Shown here piece by piece: positions 1 through 10,005 of a DNA stretch of 64,000 bases. A program made the position numbers and the translations under genes. The stretch comes from a bacterium (GTDB lineage Bacteria > Zixibacteria > MSB-5A5 > GN15 > FEB-12). Position 1 is the stretch's first letter. Every line of letters begins with the position of its first letter. The notes beneath the pieces are model-generated. The model was not told the DNA's origin. It made no database searches and was given only the letters and a program-made list of their open reading frames with translations. Where the stretch lies: contig JAHLKV010000004.1 of NCBI GenBank assembly GCA_020444475.1, forward strand, positions 84,304-148,303, read 5' to 3'.

Positions 1-137
1 CGGCCGCGCCGGAGGCCAAGCCGGCCGCGCCGGAGGCTAAACCGGCCGCGCCGACTGAGAAACCCGAAGAGACAAAAGACGAGGCGGCGCCGTCCAAAGC
101 GGAACCGTCGGATGATGATAAGAAAGGGGACGTCTGA
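1..137 (+). CDS. 3' end of an upstream gene (partial). Frame 3 reads AAPEAKPAAPEAKPAAPTEKPEETKDEAAPSKAEPSDDDKKGDV and stops at 135-137
   Basis: An open frame runs into the window and ends at TGA 135-137. It carries a low-complexity PAPEAK repeat tail. Its position directly upstream of nuoJ suggests the tail of nuoI or another nuo-associated gene. Confidence 0.4.
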   Translation, partial: AAPEAKPAAPEAKPAAPTEKPEETKDEAAPSKAEPSDDDKKGDV

Positions 138-139
138 GT

Positions 140-643
140 ATGGATGCCTCTGTCGGTCCGGTCTTCTGGATTCTGGCGGCCGTCACCATCCTGTCGGGTA
201 TTGCCGTCGTATCGCTCAAGAATATCTTCCACTGCGCCCTGTTTCTGATTCTCTGCCTGTTCTCGGTGGCGGGAATCTACATCCTGCTCCACGCCGAGTT
301 TCTGGCGGCCGCGCAGGTGCTGATATATGTCGGCGCCGTGGCAATCCTGATGATATTCGCAATCATGCTGACATCGGGACTGGCCTCCCGCACGATCAAA
401 CAGGTCAACAAACATGCCCTGACGGCGTTGTTCGCCTGCGTGCTGTTCGTGTTTGTGGTGATCGGTCTGATCTTCAAAAGCAATGTCTGGAACTGGGCCC
501 GGGTACCACTCCCCGAGGACAACGTCATGACCATCGGCAAGCTGCTCATGACCAAGTACATGCTGCCGTTTGAAGTGGTCTCGGTTCTGCTGCTGGCGGC
601 GCTGATCGGCGCCATCACGCTGGCGCGGGAGGAGGAAGCCTGA
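140..643 (+). CDS. nuoJ: NADH-quinone oxidoreductase subunit J
   Basis: 167 aa with multiple transmembrane segments and a typical NuoJ/ND6 hydrophobic profile. It is followed in order by nuoK, L, M and N. Its stop overlaps the nuoK start in the ATGA motif at 641-645. Confidence 0.88.
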   Translation: MDASVGPVFWILAAVTILSGIAVVSLKNIFHCALFLILCLFSVAGIYILLHAEFLAAAQVLIYVGAVAILMIFAIMLTSGLASRTIKQVNKHALTALFACVLFVFVVIGLIFKSNVWNWARVPLPEDNVMTIGKLLMTKYMLPFEVVSVLLLAALIGAITLAREEEA

Positions 644-942
644 TGCACCACTATCTGTATCTGGCGGCCATCCTGTTCGCCATCGGTACGTTCGGCGTGA
701 TTACCAGGCGCAATGTGATCGGCATTCTCATGTCGCTGGAGCTGATGTTCAACGCCGTCAATATCAATCTGGTCGCATTCAACAAGTTTGTCGCCACCGA
801 GCCGCTGGCCGGTCAGTTGTTCGCCATCTTTATCGTGGTGGTGGCGGCGGCCGAAGCGACGGTCGGGCTGGCGATCGTGCTGCTGGTCTATCGGAACTGG
901 CGCGGTATCGAAACCGAGAACTTCAGCGTGATGAAATGGTAG
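643..942 (+). CDS. nuoK: NADH-quinone oxidoreductase subunit K
   Basis: 99 aa with 3 transmembrane segments. The N-terminus MHHYLYLAAILFAIGTFGVITRRNVIGILMSLELMFNAVNINLVAF is the canonical NuoK/ND4L sequence. Confidence 0.92.
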   Translation: MHHYLYLAAILFAIGTFGVITRRNVIGILMSLELMFNAVNINLVAFNKFVATEPLAGQLFAIFIVVVAAAEATVGLAIVLLVYRNWRGIETENFSVMKW

Positions 943-952
943 GGGAACACTG

Positions 953-3037
953 ATGTCAAACTATGCATATCTGATCGCACTCGTTCCGCTGCTGTCGTTC
1001 GTCATGATCGTCTTCTTCCTTCGCTGGAAGGAGAAGCTGGCCGCCGGCTGGTCTATCGCGTCGATTCTCGCATCCTGGACCATGTCCCTGATCGTCCTGA
1101 TCGAAACCCTCGGCCGCCACGGCGAACCGCTGGAGTATTTCTTCTATCTCACCACCTTCAAGGGCATCAATTTCGAGATCGGCATCTTGATAGACGGCCT
1201 GACTGCCGTTATGCTGATGGTGGTGACGACAGTCGCTTCATGCGTGCATATCTACTCGCTCGGCTACATGAAAGACGACCCGCGCTTTAGTAGGTTCTTC
1301 AGTTATCTCTCGCTGTTCTGCTTCTCGATGCTGGGTCTGGTACTCGCCAACAACTTCTTCATGATCTTCATTTTCTGGGAACTGGTCGGTCTGACGAGTT
1401 ATCTGCTGATCGGGTTCTGGTTCGAGAAGAAGTCGGCGGCCGATGCGGGCAAAAAAGCATTTATCACCACCCGAATCGGCGATCTCGGATTCATCGTCGG
1501 CCTGATGATGGTCGGCGCCTACGCCGGGACGTTCAACTACGGCGGGGTGTTCGAGAAAGTCGCCTCGGGACAGATCCCGACCGCGGTGCTGACAGTCATG
1601 GCGGCGTTTATCTTTTGCGGCGCCATCGGTAAATCAGCGCAGTTCCCGCTGCATGTCTGGCTGCCGGACGCGATGGAAGGTCCGACCCCGGTGTCGGCGT
1701 TGATCCACGCGGCGACGATGGTCGCGGCGGGCGTGTATCTCGTGGCACGGTCGATGAACCTGTATGTCGGGGCGCCGGAGGCGGCAATGATTGTCGCGGT
1801 GATTGGTCTCGTTACATCGTTCATTGCGGCATCGATCGGACTTGTTCAAAACGACATCAAACGAATTCTCGCCTACTCGACCGTGTCCCAGCTCGGCTAC
1901 ATGATCATGGCGCTCGGTCTGTACGGCTACGATGTCGGCATGGACCCGCACGCCCACTCGGCCGGCTTCTACGCCGGGACGTTCCACCTGATGACCCACG
2001 CTTTCTTCAAAGGGCTGTTGTTCCTTGGCGCCGGCTCGGTCATCCATGCCGTCCACACCAACGACATCCAGGACATGGGCGGCCTGCTGGGGAAGATGAA
2101 GATTACCAGTGTGACGTTTATTCTGGCGTCGCTTTCCATCGCAGGCATTTTCCCGCTGGCTGGTTTCTGGTCCAAGGACGAGATTGTCGCGGCCACGCAC
2201 GGTCACCCGATATTCAATATTTTCACCCTGATTATCGCCTTCATGACGGCCTTCTATATGTTCCGTCTTTGCTTCCTGACGTTTTTCGGGAAGCCGCGTG
2301 ATCAGCATCGCTATGAGCACGCGCACGAGTCGCCGCGCTCCATGTCCTGGCCGCTGGCGTTTCTTGGTTTCCTCGCGGTCAGCGCCGGCTGGGTTGGCAT
2401 TCCCACGCTGCACGGATTCAGTTCGTTCGTCTTCTTCGGCGAACCGTATCACACCAGTTTCCACTGGGATGTGATGATCATCTCGACCATCGTGGCGGTT
2501 GCCGGTATCGTACTGGCCTACCTGATTTACTATAAGAAGAGCATCTCGGCCGACATGCTGGCCGAGAAATTCCGGCCGATCCACACCTTCCTGTACAACA
2601 AGTGGTATTTCGACGAGCTGTATTCGTTCGTCATCATCAATCCGATCCTCGCTCTGGGTCGCTTCCTGTGGACGTTCGATGCGCGCATTGTTGACGGCCT
2701 TGTCAACGGTGCGGCCTGGCTGACCATCGTGTGGGCGGATATCAAGTGGTGGTTCGACAAGTGGATTGTCGACGGGGCCGTCAACGGCGCCGGGTGGATC
2801 GTTAGCCAGGGATCCGGTTTGCTCAGGCTTATACAGAACGGCGCCGTGCAGTTCTATGCGCTGTTTGTGCTGGGCGGTCTGTTGGTTCTGATCGCGTTCA
2901 AGTACGAAGACGTGTATGTATCGCTTGAGTGGCCGTGGCTCTCCGCGATAATAATCGTCGCGCTCGGCCTCTTGTCTCTGGTGGCCAAACGGACGGCGAG
3001 TCGCGAGGCGGCCGCCGAAACAGAAACGGAAAAGTAG
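953..3037 (+). CDS. nuoL: NADH-quinone oxidoreductase subunit L (Mrp-type antiporter-like)
   Basis: 694 aa polytopic protein carrying the NuoL/ND5 motifs (WLPDAMEGPTPVSALIHAATMV). It has the long C-terminal horizontal-helix region. It sits between nuoK and nuoM. Confidence 0.92.
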   Translation: MSNYAYLIALVPLLSFVMIVFFLRWKEKLAAGWSIASILASWTMSLIVLIETLGRHGEPLEYFFYLTTFKGINFEIGILIDGLTAVMLMVVTTVASCVHIYSLGYMKDDPRFSRFFSYLSLFCFSMLGLVLANNFFMIFIFWELVGLTSYLLIGFWFEKKSAADAGKKAFITTRIGDLGFIVGLMMVGAYAGTFNYGGVFEKVASGQIPTAVLTVMAAFIFCGAIGKSAQFPLHVWLPDAMEGPTPVSALIHAATMVAAGVYLVARSMNLYVGAPEAAMIVAVIGLVTSFIAASIGLVQNDIKRILAYSTVSQLGYMIMALGLYGYDVGMDPHAHSAGFYAGTFHLMTHAFFKGLLFLGAGSVIHAVHTNDIQDMGGLLGKMKITSVTFILASLSIAGIFPLAGFWSKDEIVAATHGHPIFNIFTLIIAFMTAFYMFRLCFLTFFGKPRDQHRYEHAHESPRSMSWPLAFLGFLAVSAGWVGIPTLHGFSSFVFFGEPYHTSFHWDVMIISTIVAVAGIVLAYLIYYKKSISADMLAEKFRPIHTFLYNKWYFDELYSFVIINPILALGRFLWTFDARIVDGLVNGAAWLTIVWADIKWWFDKWIVDGAVNGAGWIVSQGSGLLRLIQNGAVQFYALFVLGGLLVLIAFKYEDVYVSLEWPWLSAIIIVALGLLSLVAKRTASREAAAETETEK

Positions 3038-3065
3038 TTACCCTTCTGGGAGGCTTGAACATACG

Positions 3066-4544
3066 ATGCTTAGTTCGCTGATATTCATCCCGCTGGCGGG
3101 AATGCTCCTCGTGATGATGTTGCCCAAAAACGCAAAATGGGCCATCCGCTGGACATCGGTCGCTGTCAGTATTCCTCCGCTGGTAATCTCATTCTGGTTG
3201 ACCTGGCAGTTCTTCGTCAACCATGCGTCGTCAGCGGCGATGGCGTTTGTGGAAGGCCCATACGACTGGATTCCGCTGCTGAATGTGCAGTACTATCTCG
3301 GCGCCGACGGTATCTCGATTCCCCTGCTGGCGCTGACCGGCCTGCTCAGCACGATCTCGCTGCTGGCATCGTTTGGTATCGACAAACGCGTCAAGGAGTA
3401 CTTCGCTTTCTTCCTGCTGCTCGAAGCCGGAATGATGGGGGTGTTTGTCGCGCTCGATTTCTTCCTGTTCTACATCTTCTGGGAAGTCATGCTGGTGCCG
3501 ATGTATTTCCTGATCGGCGTCTGGGGCGGTCCGCGCAAAGAGTACGCGGCCATCAAGTTCTTCCTCTATACGTTGTTCGGCTCGATCTTTATGCTGGTGT
3601 CGATCCTGATCCTTTATTTCACGGCCGAACCACACACCCTGAATATGATGGAGCTGATTCAGTCCGGTTCCACTCTGCCGCACACGCTGCAGCTGGTCTG
3701 TTTCGCCTTCTTTTTCATCGCTTTCGCAATCAAGGTTCCGGTCTGGCCGTTCCACACATGGTTGCCCGATGCCCACGTGGAGGCGCCGACTGCGGTCTCG
3801 GTCATCCTGGCCGGTGTTTTGCTGAAAATGGGTACGTACGGCATGCTTCGGATTAGCTGGCCGATGTTCCCCGAAGCGGTGCGCTACTTCTCGTTCTGGA
3901 TCGCCCTGCTGGGTGTGATCGCGATTATCTACGGCGCACTGGTCTCGATGGCGCAGAAAGACCTCAAGAAACTGGTGGCCTATTCCTCGGTGTCGCACAT
4001 GGGCTACTGCATGCTGGCGCTCGGCGCCGTGACATCGGTGCAGGCGATCACCGGCTGCATGTTCCAGATGATCTCCCACGGCCTGATCACGGGCGCGCTG
4101 TTCCTTTTGGTGGGTGTGCTCTATGATCGCGCCCACACCCGTGAGATCGCCGTGTTCGGCGGCCTGGGCTCCAAGCTGCCGGTCTACTCGGGCATCATGG
4201 TCTTCTTCTCGATGGCCTCGCTGGGACTGCCCGGCATGTCCGGATTCGTCTCCGAGTTCATGATCTTCGTCGGTTCGTTCGCAGCCCTTAACAAGGTCAT
4301 GGTCGGTATCGCGGTGCTCGGTGTCGTACTCGGTGCGGCCTATATGCTCCGCATGGTCCAGAATGTATTTCTCGGTGAATTCAACCTCTCAAAGTGGGGA
4401 GGGCTGACCGAGATCAACTTCCGGGAACTGGTGACGGTGGTGCCGTTGATGGTGTTCACCCTGTGGATCGGTCTGTATCCAAAGCCGCTGAATGAGCTGA
4501 TGCAGGCGACGCTCGAGCACCTCGTGACACTGATGGCACGGTAA
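3066..4544 (+). CDS. nuoM: NADH-quinone oxidoreductase subunit M
   Basis: 492 aa carrying the NuoM/ND4 motifs (WLPDAHVEAPTAVSVILAGVLLKMGTYG). It has a GGAAG-type ribosome-binding site upstream. Confidence 0.92.
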   Translation: MLSSLIFIPLAGMLLVMMLPKNAKWAIRWTSVAVSIPPLVISFWLTWQFFVNHASSAAMAFVEGPYDWIPLLNVQYYLGADGISIPLLALTGLLSTISLLASFGIDKRVKEYFAFFLLLEAGMMGVFVALDFFLFYIFWEVMLVPMYFLIGVWGGPRKEYAAIKFFLYTLFGSIFMLVSILILYFTAEPHTLNMMELIQSGSTLPHTLQLVCFAFFFIAFAIKVPVWPFHTWLPDAHVEAPTAVSVILAGVLLKMGTYGMLRISWPMFPEAVRYFSFWIALLGVIAIIYGALVSMAQKDLKKLVAYSSVSHMGYCMLALGAVTSVQAITGCMFQMISHGLITGALFLLVGVLYDRAHTREIAVFGGLGSKLPVYSGIMVFFSMASLGLPGMSGFVSEFMIFVGSFAALNKVMVGIAVLGVVLGAAYMLRMVQNVFLGEFNLSKWGGLTEINFRELVTVVPLMVFTLWIGLYPKPLNELMQATLEHLVTLMAR

Positions 4545-4550
4545 GGACGT

Positions 4551-6059
4551 ATGGACTTTCAGCTTCCTCATGTCGATTTCCGGGTGATGGCCCCCGAGCT
4601 GTTCCTGTTTGCCTGGGCGTTGGTCGTCATAACGTTCGACCTCGGCACGAAACGTCGCTCCGGATCGGCCACCGGGTATGTCGCCCTGCTCGGGCTGGTC
4701 ATCACCGGCGTTATTCTGTCGATCACTCCCGAAGGCGCGGGGTTCGGTGCGATGTTCTACAACGACGCCGGGTCGCTGTTCTTCAAGGTGATCTTTCTCG
4801 GTGCGGCCTTCATGGCTATCGGCTCGTCGTTTGGAATCATGGAGCGGAAGATTCAGCACCACCGCGGTGAGTTTCTCGGTCTGATTCTCCTGTCGACCGT
4901 CGGCATGATGTTCCTGGCGTCGTCCAACGAACTGCTGTCGCTGTACATCGGACTGGAGTTGACAACCATCCCGCTCTTCGTCTGCGCGGCCTTTTTCAAG
5001 GACAACCGCCTGTCGGTCGAAGCGGGTATCAAGTATCTGATTGTCGGCGCTATGTCCTCGGCGTTGTTGCTCTACGGTATCTCATTCCTGTACGGTTTGT
5101 CGGGCACCACCGACCTGCTTCAAATGCGGGTTAATATCGCCACCACCCATCTGACGTTCCGTGAGATCGGCCTGTTGCCGATGCTGTCGGTCGTGCTGCT
5201 CGTCGCCGGTCTCGGCTTCAAGCTGGCCCTGCCGCCGTTTCACCAGTGGGCGCCCGATGTCTATGAAGGCGCACCGACTCCGGTCGCGGCCTTCCTTTCG
5301 GTCGGCTCCAAAGCCGCCGGCCTGGTGGCGTTTGCCAAGATCATGATCAACGGGTTGCAGGTCTTCTACGAAGATATCATGGCCCCCAACGACTGGGGAC
5401 TGCTGGTCGGCATTCTTGCCGGCGCCGCCATGGTCTGGGGCAATGTCGCGGCGGTGCGGCAGACCAACATCAAGCGCATGCTGGCATTTTCTTCGATCGC
5501 GCAGGCCGGCTACATCATGATCGGTATGCTGGCGCTCAACGATATCGGGTTGTCCTCGGTCTCCTTCTACATGTTCACGTACTTGTTTGCAAACATGGGC
5601 GCCTTCGCGATCGTAGCGATTTTCGAAGACAAAACCGGCTCCACGCAGATCAAGAGCTACAGCGGTCTGGCGCGGACATCGCCGTTTTACGCCGCCAGCA
5701 TGTCGGTGTTTATGCTGTCGCTGGCCGGCATTCCGCCGCTGGCGGGATTCTTCGCGAAGTACTACGTCTTCGCGGCGGCTATCAAAATGGCCGGCTCGAA
5801 CGAGATTCACCAGTGGCTGTACTGGCTGGTCGGGGTTGGACTGATCACCTCGGTCTTCGCACTCTATTACTATGCAAACGTGATCAAGACGATGTATTTC
5901 ACGCCGGATGAATCACCGTACAAGCTGCCGCTGTCCCTGCCCGGTTCGGCGGTGGTCCTGATCGGGCTGGTGGGTGTGATTCTGTTCGGCCTGATGCCGG
6001 GCCCGGTAATGGATTTCGCCTCGGCTATTCCGGCGGCCTTCGGCCTGATCGCCCCCTGA
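4551..6059 (+). CDS. nuoN: NADH-quinone oxidoreductase subunit N
   Basis: 502 aa with an ND2/NuoN-like polytopic profile (FHQWAPDVYEGAPTPVAAFLSVGSKAAG). It is the last gene of the nuo run. Confidence 0.9.
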   Translation: MDFQLPHVDFRVMAPELFLFAWALVVITFDLGTKRRSGSATGYVALLGLVITGVILSITPEGAGFGAMFYNDAGSLFFKVIFLGAAFMAIGSSFGIMERKIQHHRGEFLGLILLSTVGMMFLASSNELLSLYIGLELTTIPLFVCAAFFKDNRLSVEAGIKYLIVGAMSSALLLYGISFLYGLSGTTDLLQMRVNIATTHLTFREIGLLPMLSVVLLVAGLGFKLALPPFHQWAPDVYEGAPTPVAAFLSVGSKAAGLVAFAKIMINGLQVFYEDIMAPNDWGLLVGILAGAAMVWGNVAAVRQTNIKRMLAFSSIAQAGYIMIGMLALNDIGLSSVSFYMFTYLFANMGAFAIVAIFEDKTGSTQIKSYSGLARTSPFYAASMSVFMLSLAGIPPLAGFFAKYYVFAAAIKMAGSNEIHQWLYWLVGVGLITSVFALYYYANVIKTMYFTPDESPYKLPLSLPGSAVVLIGLVGVILFGLMPGPVMDFASAIPAAFGLIAP

Positions 6060-6133
6060 GCGTCCGAAACTCGTTGACAGCACCCGTCGAGCCCGATATT
6101 TTCCGCTCGGATGCGGTATAAGCGGGCCTTCGG

Positions 6134-6787
6134 ATGAGCGTCACAAGCACACTACTTTCCATAATCAGGCGTTACTTCATCAGCGGAGTGCTGATCGTCG
6201 TACCGTTGATATTGACCTATCTCGTCCTGCGCCTGCTGTTCGAGGCGGTCGACGGCATCCTCGGTCCGATCATTCTCAAGCTATTCGGATACTATGTCCC
6301 CGGGCTCGGTGTGATCACCACGCTCCTGCTGATCATCCTGGCCGGAGTATTCACGAGGAATATCATCGGCGCCCGACTCTACCACTACGGGGAACGACTT
6401 CTGGTGCGCCTGCCGCTGGTCAGGCCGATCTACTCCTCGGCCAAGCAGCTCCTCCAGGCGATGACGGCGCATGAGGGAGCCAGTTTCAACGAGGTAGGTC
6501 TGGTGGTCTATCCTCGCGAAGGTTCCTACTCGCTGTGTTTCATTGCCAACCGGGTGACACTGGAGCACGATGGCAAGCAGGAGGAGTCAATCGTGGCCTT
6601 CATTCCGTCGACTCCCACACCTGTCTCCGGCATGGTGGTGGTGGTGCCGGAGAGGGACGTAATTTTGTTGGACATGTCAGTCGAAGATGGTATAAAGTTC
6701 TTAGTGTCGGGCGGTGTGGCGTCTCCGAAGCTGCTTCGGCCGCGCCCCGGGAGCGAGCAATCGGCAACGAGTGAGGTTGAGCGGTGA
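6134..6787 (+). CDS. DUF502 family membrane protein
   Basis: 217 aa with an N-terminal double transmembrane segment. The conserved DUF502 core (GVLIVVPLILTY...LGPII...PGLGVI) is present. Confidence 0.6.
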   Translation: MSVTSTLLSIIRRYFISGVLIVVPLILTYLVLRLLFEAVDGILGPIILKLFGYYVPGLGVITTLLLIILAGVFTRNIIGARLYHYGERLLVRLPLVRPIYSSAKQLLQAMTAHEGASFNEVGLVVYPREGSYSLCFIANRVTLEHDGKQEESIVAFIPSTPTPVSGMVVVVPERDVILLDMSVEDGIKFLVSGGVASPKLLRPRPGSEQSATSEVER

Positions 6788-7686
6788 AACTGGCCAATCT
6801 GTTAATGGAACGTCGCATAAAACTCGGACTTCGCGCCACTACCAAAGATGAAGCAGTGCGGGAACTGCTCGACCTGCTGAAAGCCGAAGGAGTCGATTTC
6901 CAATACGACGCCGTATTGACATCGGTCCGCGAGCGCGAGCAGATCGAAAATACGTCCTACGGCCATGGATTCGCCTTCCCACACGCTCGCACCGATGCCG
7001 TCGCGGAACTGTTCATCCTGGTCGGTATATCGCGCCATGGCATCAAGGAAACCGAAGACAGCGAGCCGGTCCATGTCGTGTGCCTGCTGCTGACCCCGTC
7101 GCATATCGCCAAGCTTTACCTTCAGACGTTGTCCGGGATGGCCCGTCTGGCCCGCACCGAGGGCATCCTGGATCGCATCAAAAAGATTCAACTGGCCTCC
7201 GACTTCATCAAGCTGGTCTCCGATGCCGGGGTGTCAATAGACAAGGAACTGACGGTCCGCGAAGTGATGCGCTATAAGGTCGCGACGGTGACGCCCGATG
7301 ACACCCTGAAGGATGTCGCCAATGCCATGTTCCGCTACCGGTTGTCTGCTCTGGCGGTGGTTGATCACAATAACAAACTGCTGGGGGTGATCAATGACCG
7401 GGATCTCATCAAGGCTGCGCTGCCGGATTACAAGTCGTTGATCTCAAATCTGAACTATTCGATCGATGTCGAGCCGTTCGAGGAGTTGCTGAAGCAGGAA
7501 GACAAGATCAAGGTATCGCAGCTCTATCGAGAAGATTTCGAGACGACGACCCCGGATACGCGGATTGTCGAGGTGGCCGCGATGATGATATTCAAGGACA
7601 CCAAGCGGGTGTTTGTGATCGAAGACGACAATCTGGTCGGGGTGCTGCTCCGCAAGGACATCGTCAATATGATTATCCGCGGCTGA
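6784..7686 (+). CDS. PTS EIIA type-2 (PtsN/EIIA-Ntr-like) domain fused to a CBS-domain pair
   Basis: The N-terminal ~150 aa carry the EIIA-2 phospho-histidine motif (GHGFAFPHARTD). The C-terminal ~140 aa form two CBS repeats (VREVMRYKVATVTPDDTLKDVANAMFRYRLSALAVVD...). The start overlaps the preceding stop by 4 nt. Confidence 0.6.
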   Translation: MKLANLLMERRIKLGLRATTKDEAVRELLDLLKAEGVDFQYDAVLTSVREREQIENTSYGHGFAFPHARTDAVAELFILVGISRHGIKETEDSEPVHVVCLLLTPSHIAKLYLQTLSGMARLARTEGILDRIKKIQLASDFIKLVSDAGVSIDKELTVREVMRYKVATVTPDDTLKDVANAMFRYRLSALAVVDHNNKLLGVINDRDLIKAALPDYKSLISNLNYSIDVEPFEELLKQEDKIKVSQLYREDFETTTPDTRIVEVAAMMIFKDTKRVFVIEDDNLVGVLLRKDIVNMIIRG

Positions 7687-7777
7687 ACCGGCCTTCGAAA
7701 GACGTCAGAAGAAACGGCGGGAGAGCAGTTGTGCCGACTGCTCTCCCGCTGTCTGTCTATCAGGTCGGCCGAAGCCG

Positions 7778-8458
7778 CTATTCCGTTTTGGGTATCTTCT
7801 CGCGGAAACTGATGCGGGGGAACGGATTCACGATCGCGCTCGCGATGTTCGTGATATGGGCGTTGATCCGCTTCAGATAGCGGGCATACAGAGCGATCGC
7901 GACGGCATCGCGGCTGCTTAGCTGCTTGCTGTCCCCCTGCAACAGCTGAGAGACGATCCCCTCGGATTCCTTCCCAAACGAGTTCTCGGCTCGCATGATC
8001 GCGCGTGCCGATTCTTTGTCCTGTTCCCTGAGCACCGGAATAATCATTTCGAACTGTTTGGTAATCTCGGTCTCGAGCTTGCGGAGGCCCTCCTCGAACG
8101 GCCCGCCGTGCAGCTTCTCTTTGTGGGTCGTCGCAAGGTCGACGATATTTTTCGTATAGTCACCAATCCGTTCAACATCGACCACCACCGACACCAGCAC
8201 GAGCCCCGGGACCAGGTTGGCCGTGCCGGCCACGGTCAGGTGCGTCAGCACGTTGCGTCGAACCTCGCGCTCGTACTTGTTGATCTTGCGGTCGGTTTTT
8301 TTGACGTCGAACGGAAGCTTGTTGGAGTTGGTATCGCGAAGGCAGTCGCGCGATGCTTCGTACATCTTCTGATCGAACTCAAGCATCTTGATGGTGGTAT
8401 CGAACGCCGAGTCGAGCAGATTCTCCGAACTGAAGAGCTCTTTGAATTTCCTAAACAT
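7778..8458 (-). CDS. PhoU-domain phosphate-uptake regulator
   Basis: 226 aa helical protein with two PhoU-like repeats carrying the (D)xERIGD motif (VVDVERIGDYTKNIVDLA). It is adjacent to a Na/Pi cotransporter gene on the same strand. Confidence 0.6.
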   Translation of the reverse strand: MFRKFKELFSSENLLDSAFDTTIKMLEFDQKMYEASRDCLRDTNSNKLPFDVKKTDRKINKYEREVRRNVLTHLTVAGTANLVPGLVLVSVVVDVERIGDYTKNIVDLATTHKEKLHGGPFEEGLRKLETEITKQFEMIIPVLREQDKESARAIMRAENSFGKESEGIVSQLLQGDSKQLSSRDAVAIALYARYLKRINAHITNIASAIVNPFPRISFREKIPKTE

Positions 8459-8464
8459 AGATAA

Positions 8465-9589
8465 TCACCCCAGGAAATAGATGATCCCCGCCGGTATGAT
8501 AAAAAACGCAATCAGGATATACAATACGGGAATGAGTTTGCTACGTTGGGTCCACTTCGCCATCGTCTCCGCAAGGAAGATAGGGATACGTTTCAACGGC
8601 CAGAAAATACATATCCCGTAGACATTGAACAGCAAATGGGCGAACGCGATACTCACCGCCTCGTGCGATCCGACCGCCAGCGACGCCAGGAAAGCCGTGA
8701 TGGTGGTACCGACATTGGCCCCTAAGACGTATGGGAAGATCTGCGTCATCGTGAGCACGCCTGCTCCGATCAATGGAACCACCAGCGAGGTGGTGATCGA
8801 TGACGACTGCACCAGGGTGGTGAGTGCGACGCCAAGCACAAAACCAAGCGCCGCGTTGCGGAAGATATAACGATGGAAGAAGCGCTCAACCTTGGAGAGC
8901 ACCATGGCTTTTAGTGTCACTACGATGTAGCGCAGGGCGAGAAAGAGGAGCAGAAGTGCAACGATAGCGACTATCCACCCGTTGCCTCCCAACAGATTCG
9001 CGAGATATGCCGACACCGGTTTGGTGACGGCGGACAACGGCGAAGTGAACTTCAACCCCCCGGTCCCCTGAAAAATGTGCTCCACGACGTGCGACGACCA
9101 GGAGATGATGCCGAACATCTCCTCCAGCGGCAGCAATATGATTACCGAACAGATATTGAAGAAGTCGTGCACGGTCGATCCGGCAAACGCCCGCTTGAAC
9201 TCCTCGCCGCGAGAGATATGGGCGAGGGAGACGATCGTGTTGGTGACCGTGGTGCCGATGTTGGCGCCCATGATGATCGGCACGGCGTTCTCGAACGACA
9301 GGGCTGCGGTGCCAACCAGGCCGACAACCAGCGAGGTCGTTGTCGAAGAAGACTGGATGACCGAAGTGGCCAGAATGCCGATCACCAGCCCCACGAGCGG
9401 ATTCGAAGTGGTCGTCAGGATAGATTCGGCGACGCCCTTGCCCATGAGCTTGAAAGCAGCTCCGAGCATCGTGATCGAGAGCATAAACAGATAGAGGAGG
9501 CCGATCAGAACGAGTATTCGAAGAACCAATCCAACTGGGCCGGCAATTCCGGTTGCCGTGTCGGGCGAGGATGCGGGATAGGCCGCCAT
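8465..9589 (-). CDS. Na+/phosphate cotransporter family protein (NptA/YjbB-like)
   Basis: 374 aa polytopic protein with the duplicated Na_Pi_cotrans signature (GANIGTTVT / GANVGTTITA). It lies directly upstream of the PhoU-domain gene, the usual YjbB-like arrangement. Confidence 0.75.
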   Translation of the reverse strand: MAAYPASSPDTATGIAGPVGLVLRILVLIGLLYLFMLSITMLGAAFKLMGKGVAESILTTTSNPLVGLVIGILATSVIQSSSTTTSLVVGLVGTAALSFENAVPIIMGANIGTTVTNTIVSLAHISRGEEFKRAFAGSTVHDFFNICSVIILLPLEEMFGIISWSSHVVEHIFQGTGGLKFTSPLSAVTKPVSAYLANLLGGNGWIVAIVALLLLFLALRYIVVTLKAMVLSKVERFFHRYIFRNAALGFVLGVALTTLVQSSSITTSLVVPLIGAGVLTMTQIFPYVLGANVGTTITAFLASLAVGSHEAVSIAFAHLLFNVYGICIFWPLKRIPIFLAETMAKWTQRSKLIPVLYILIAFFIIPAGIIYFLG

Positions 9590-10005
9590 TACACCACCAG
9601 CAAGTCTAACACAATCTTAACAATTCTCGCGGCAATATACCCGCGACCATCCCCAAGTCAAGCCCTATAACCGATTATTCGCGCCCCGTGCACGTCTCCA
9701 AAACCGTCCGTAATTCAATGTCAAATAGTCAGTTAGGAAAATGTCGACGAGACGGCGAGATCTCGGCGCGGGCTTTGCACTGGTGGGAACCCAAAGGCAT
9801 GGCTGCAGTGGTTCGAACGGGCCGAATACGCCTTCATCGAGCCACTTTTCCCGCCTGTCGCGAAGCCGGGTGAAGGAGTTGATTATGCACCCGGCGGTCT
9901 CTGTTGCGTGAACTTTGTGCATTTTGGAGGCGGGTCAAGGCCGCGAACAGAAAACTGAATTGACTTGAGATCGCTTAGCGCTATATTGCCGCAACGAGAA
10001 CTCGA

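Noticed and set aside
1537-2784. Long antisense ORFs inside nuoL, for example 1634..2584 (-) at 316 aa
   Set aside because: These are shadow ORFs typical of high-GC DNA. They are Arg/His-rich with no domain features and sit opposite a well-supported conserved gene. The same applies to 3231..4136, 5082..5810, 15618..16517, 25349..26269, 36148..37587, 49407..50207 and 50226..50918.
9760-9840. T-loop-like GGTTCGAAC motif, a possible tRNA
   Set aside because: The flanking sequence cannot be folded into an acceptor stem, D-arm and anticodon arm. No tRNA was called anywhere in the window.
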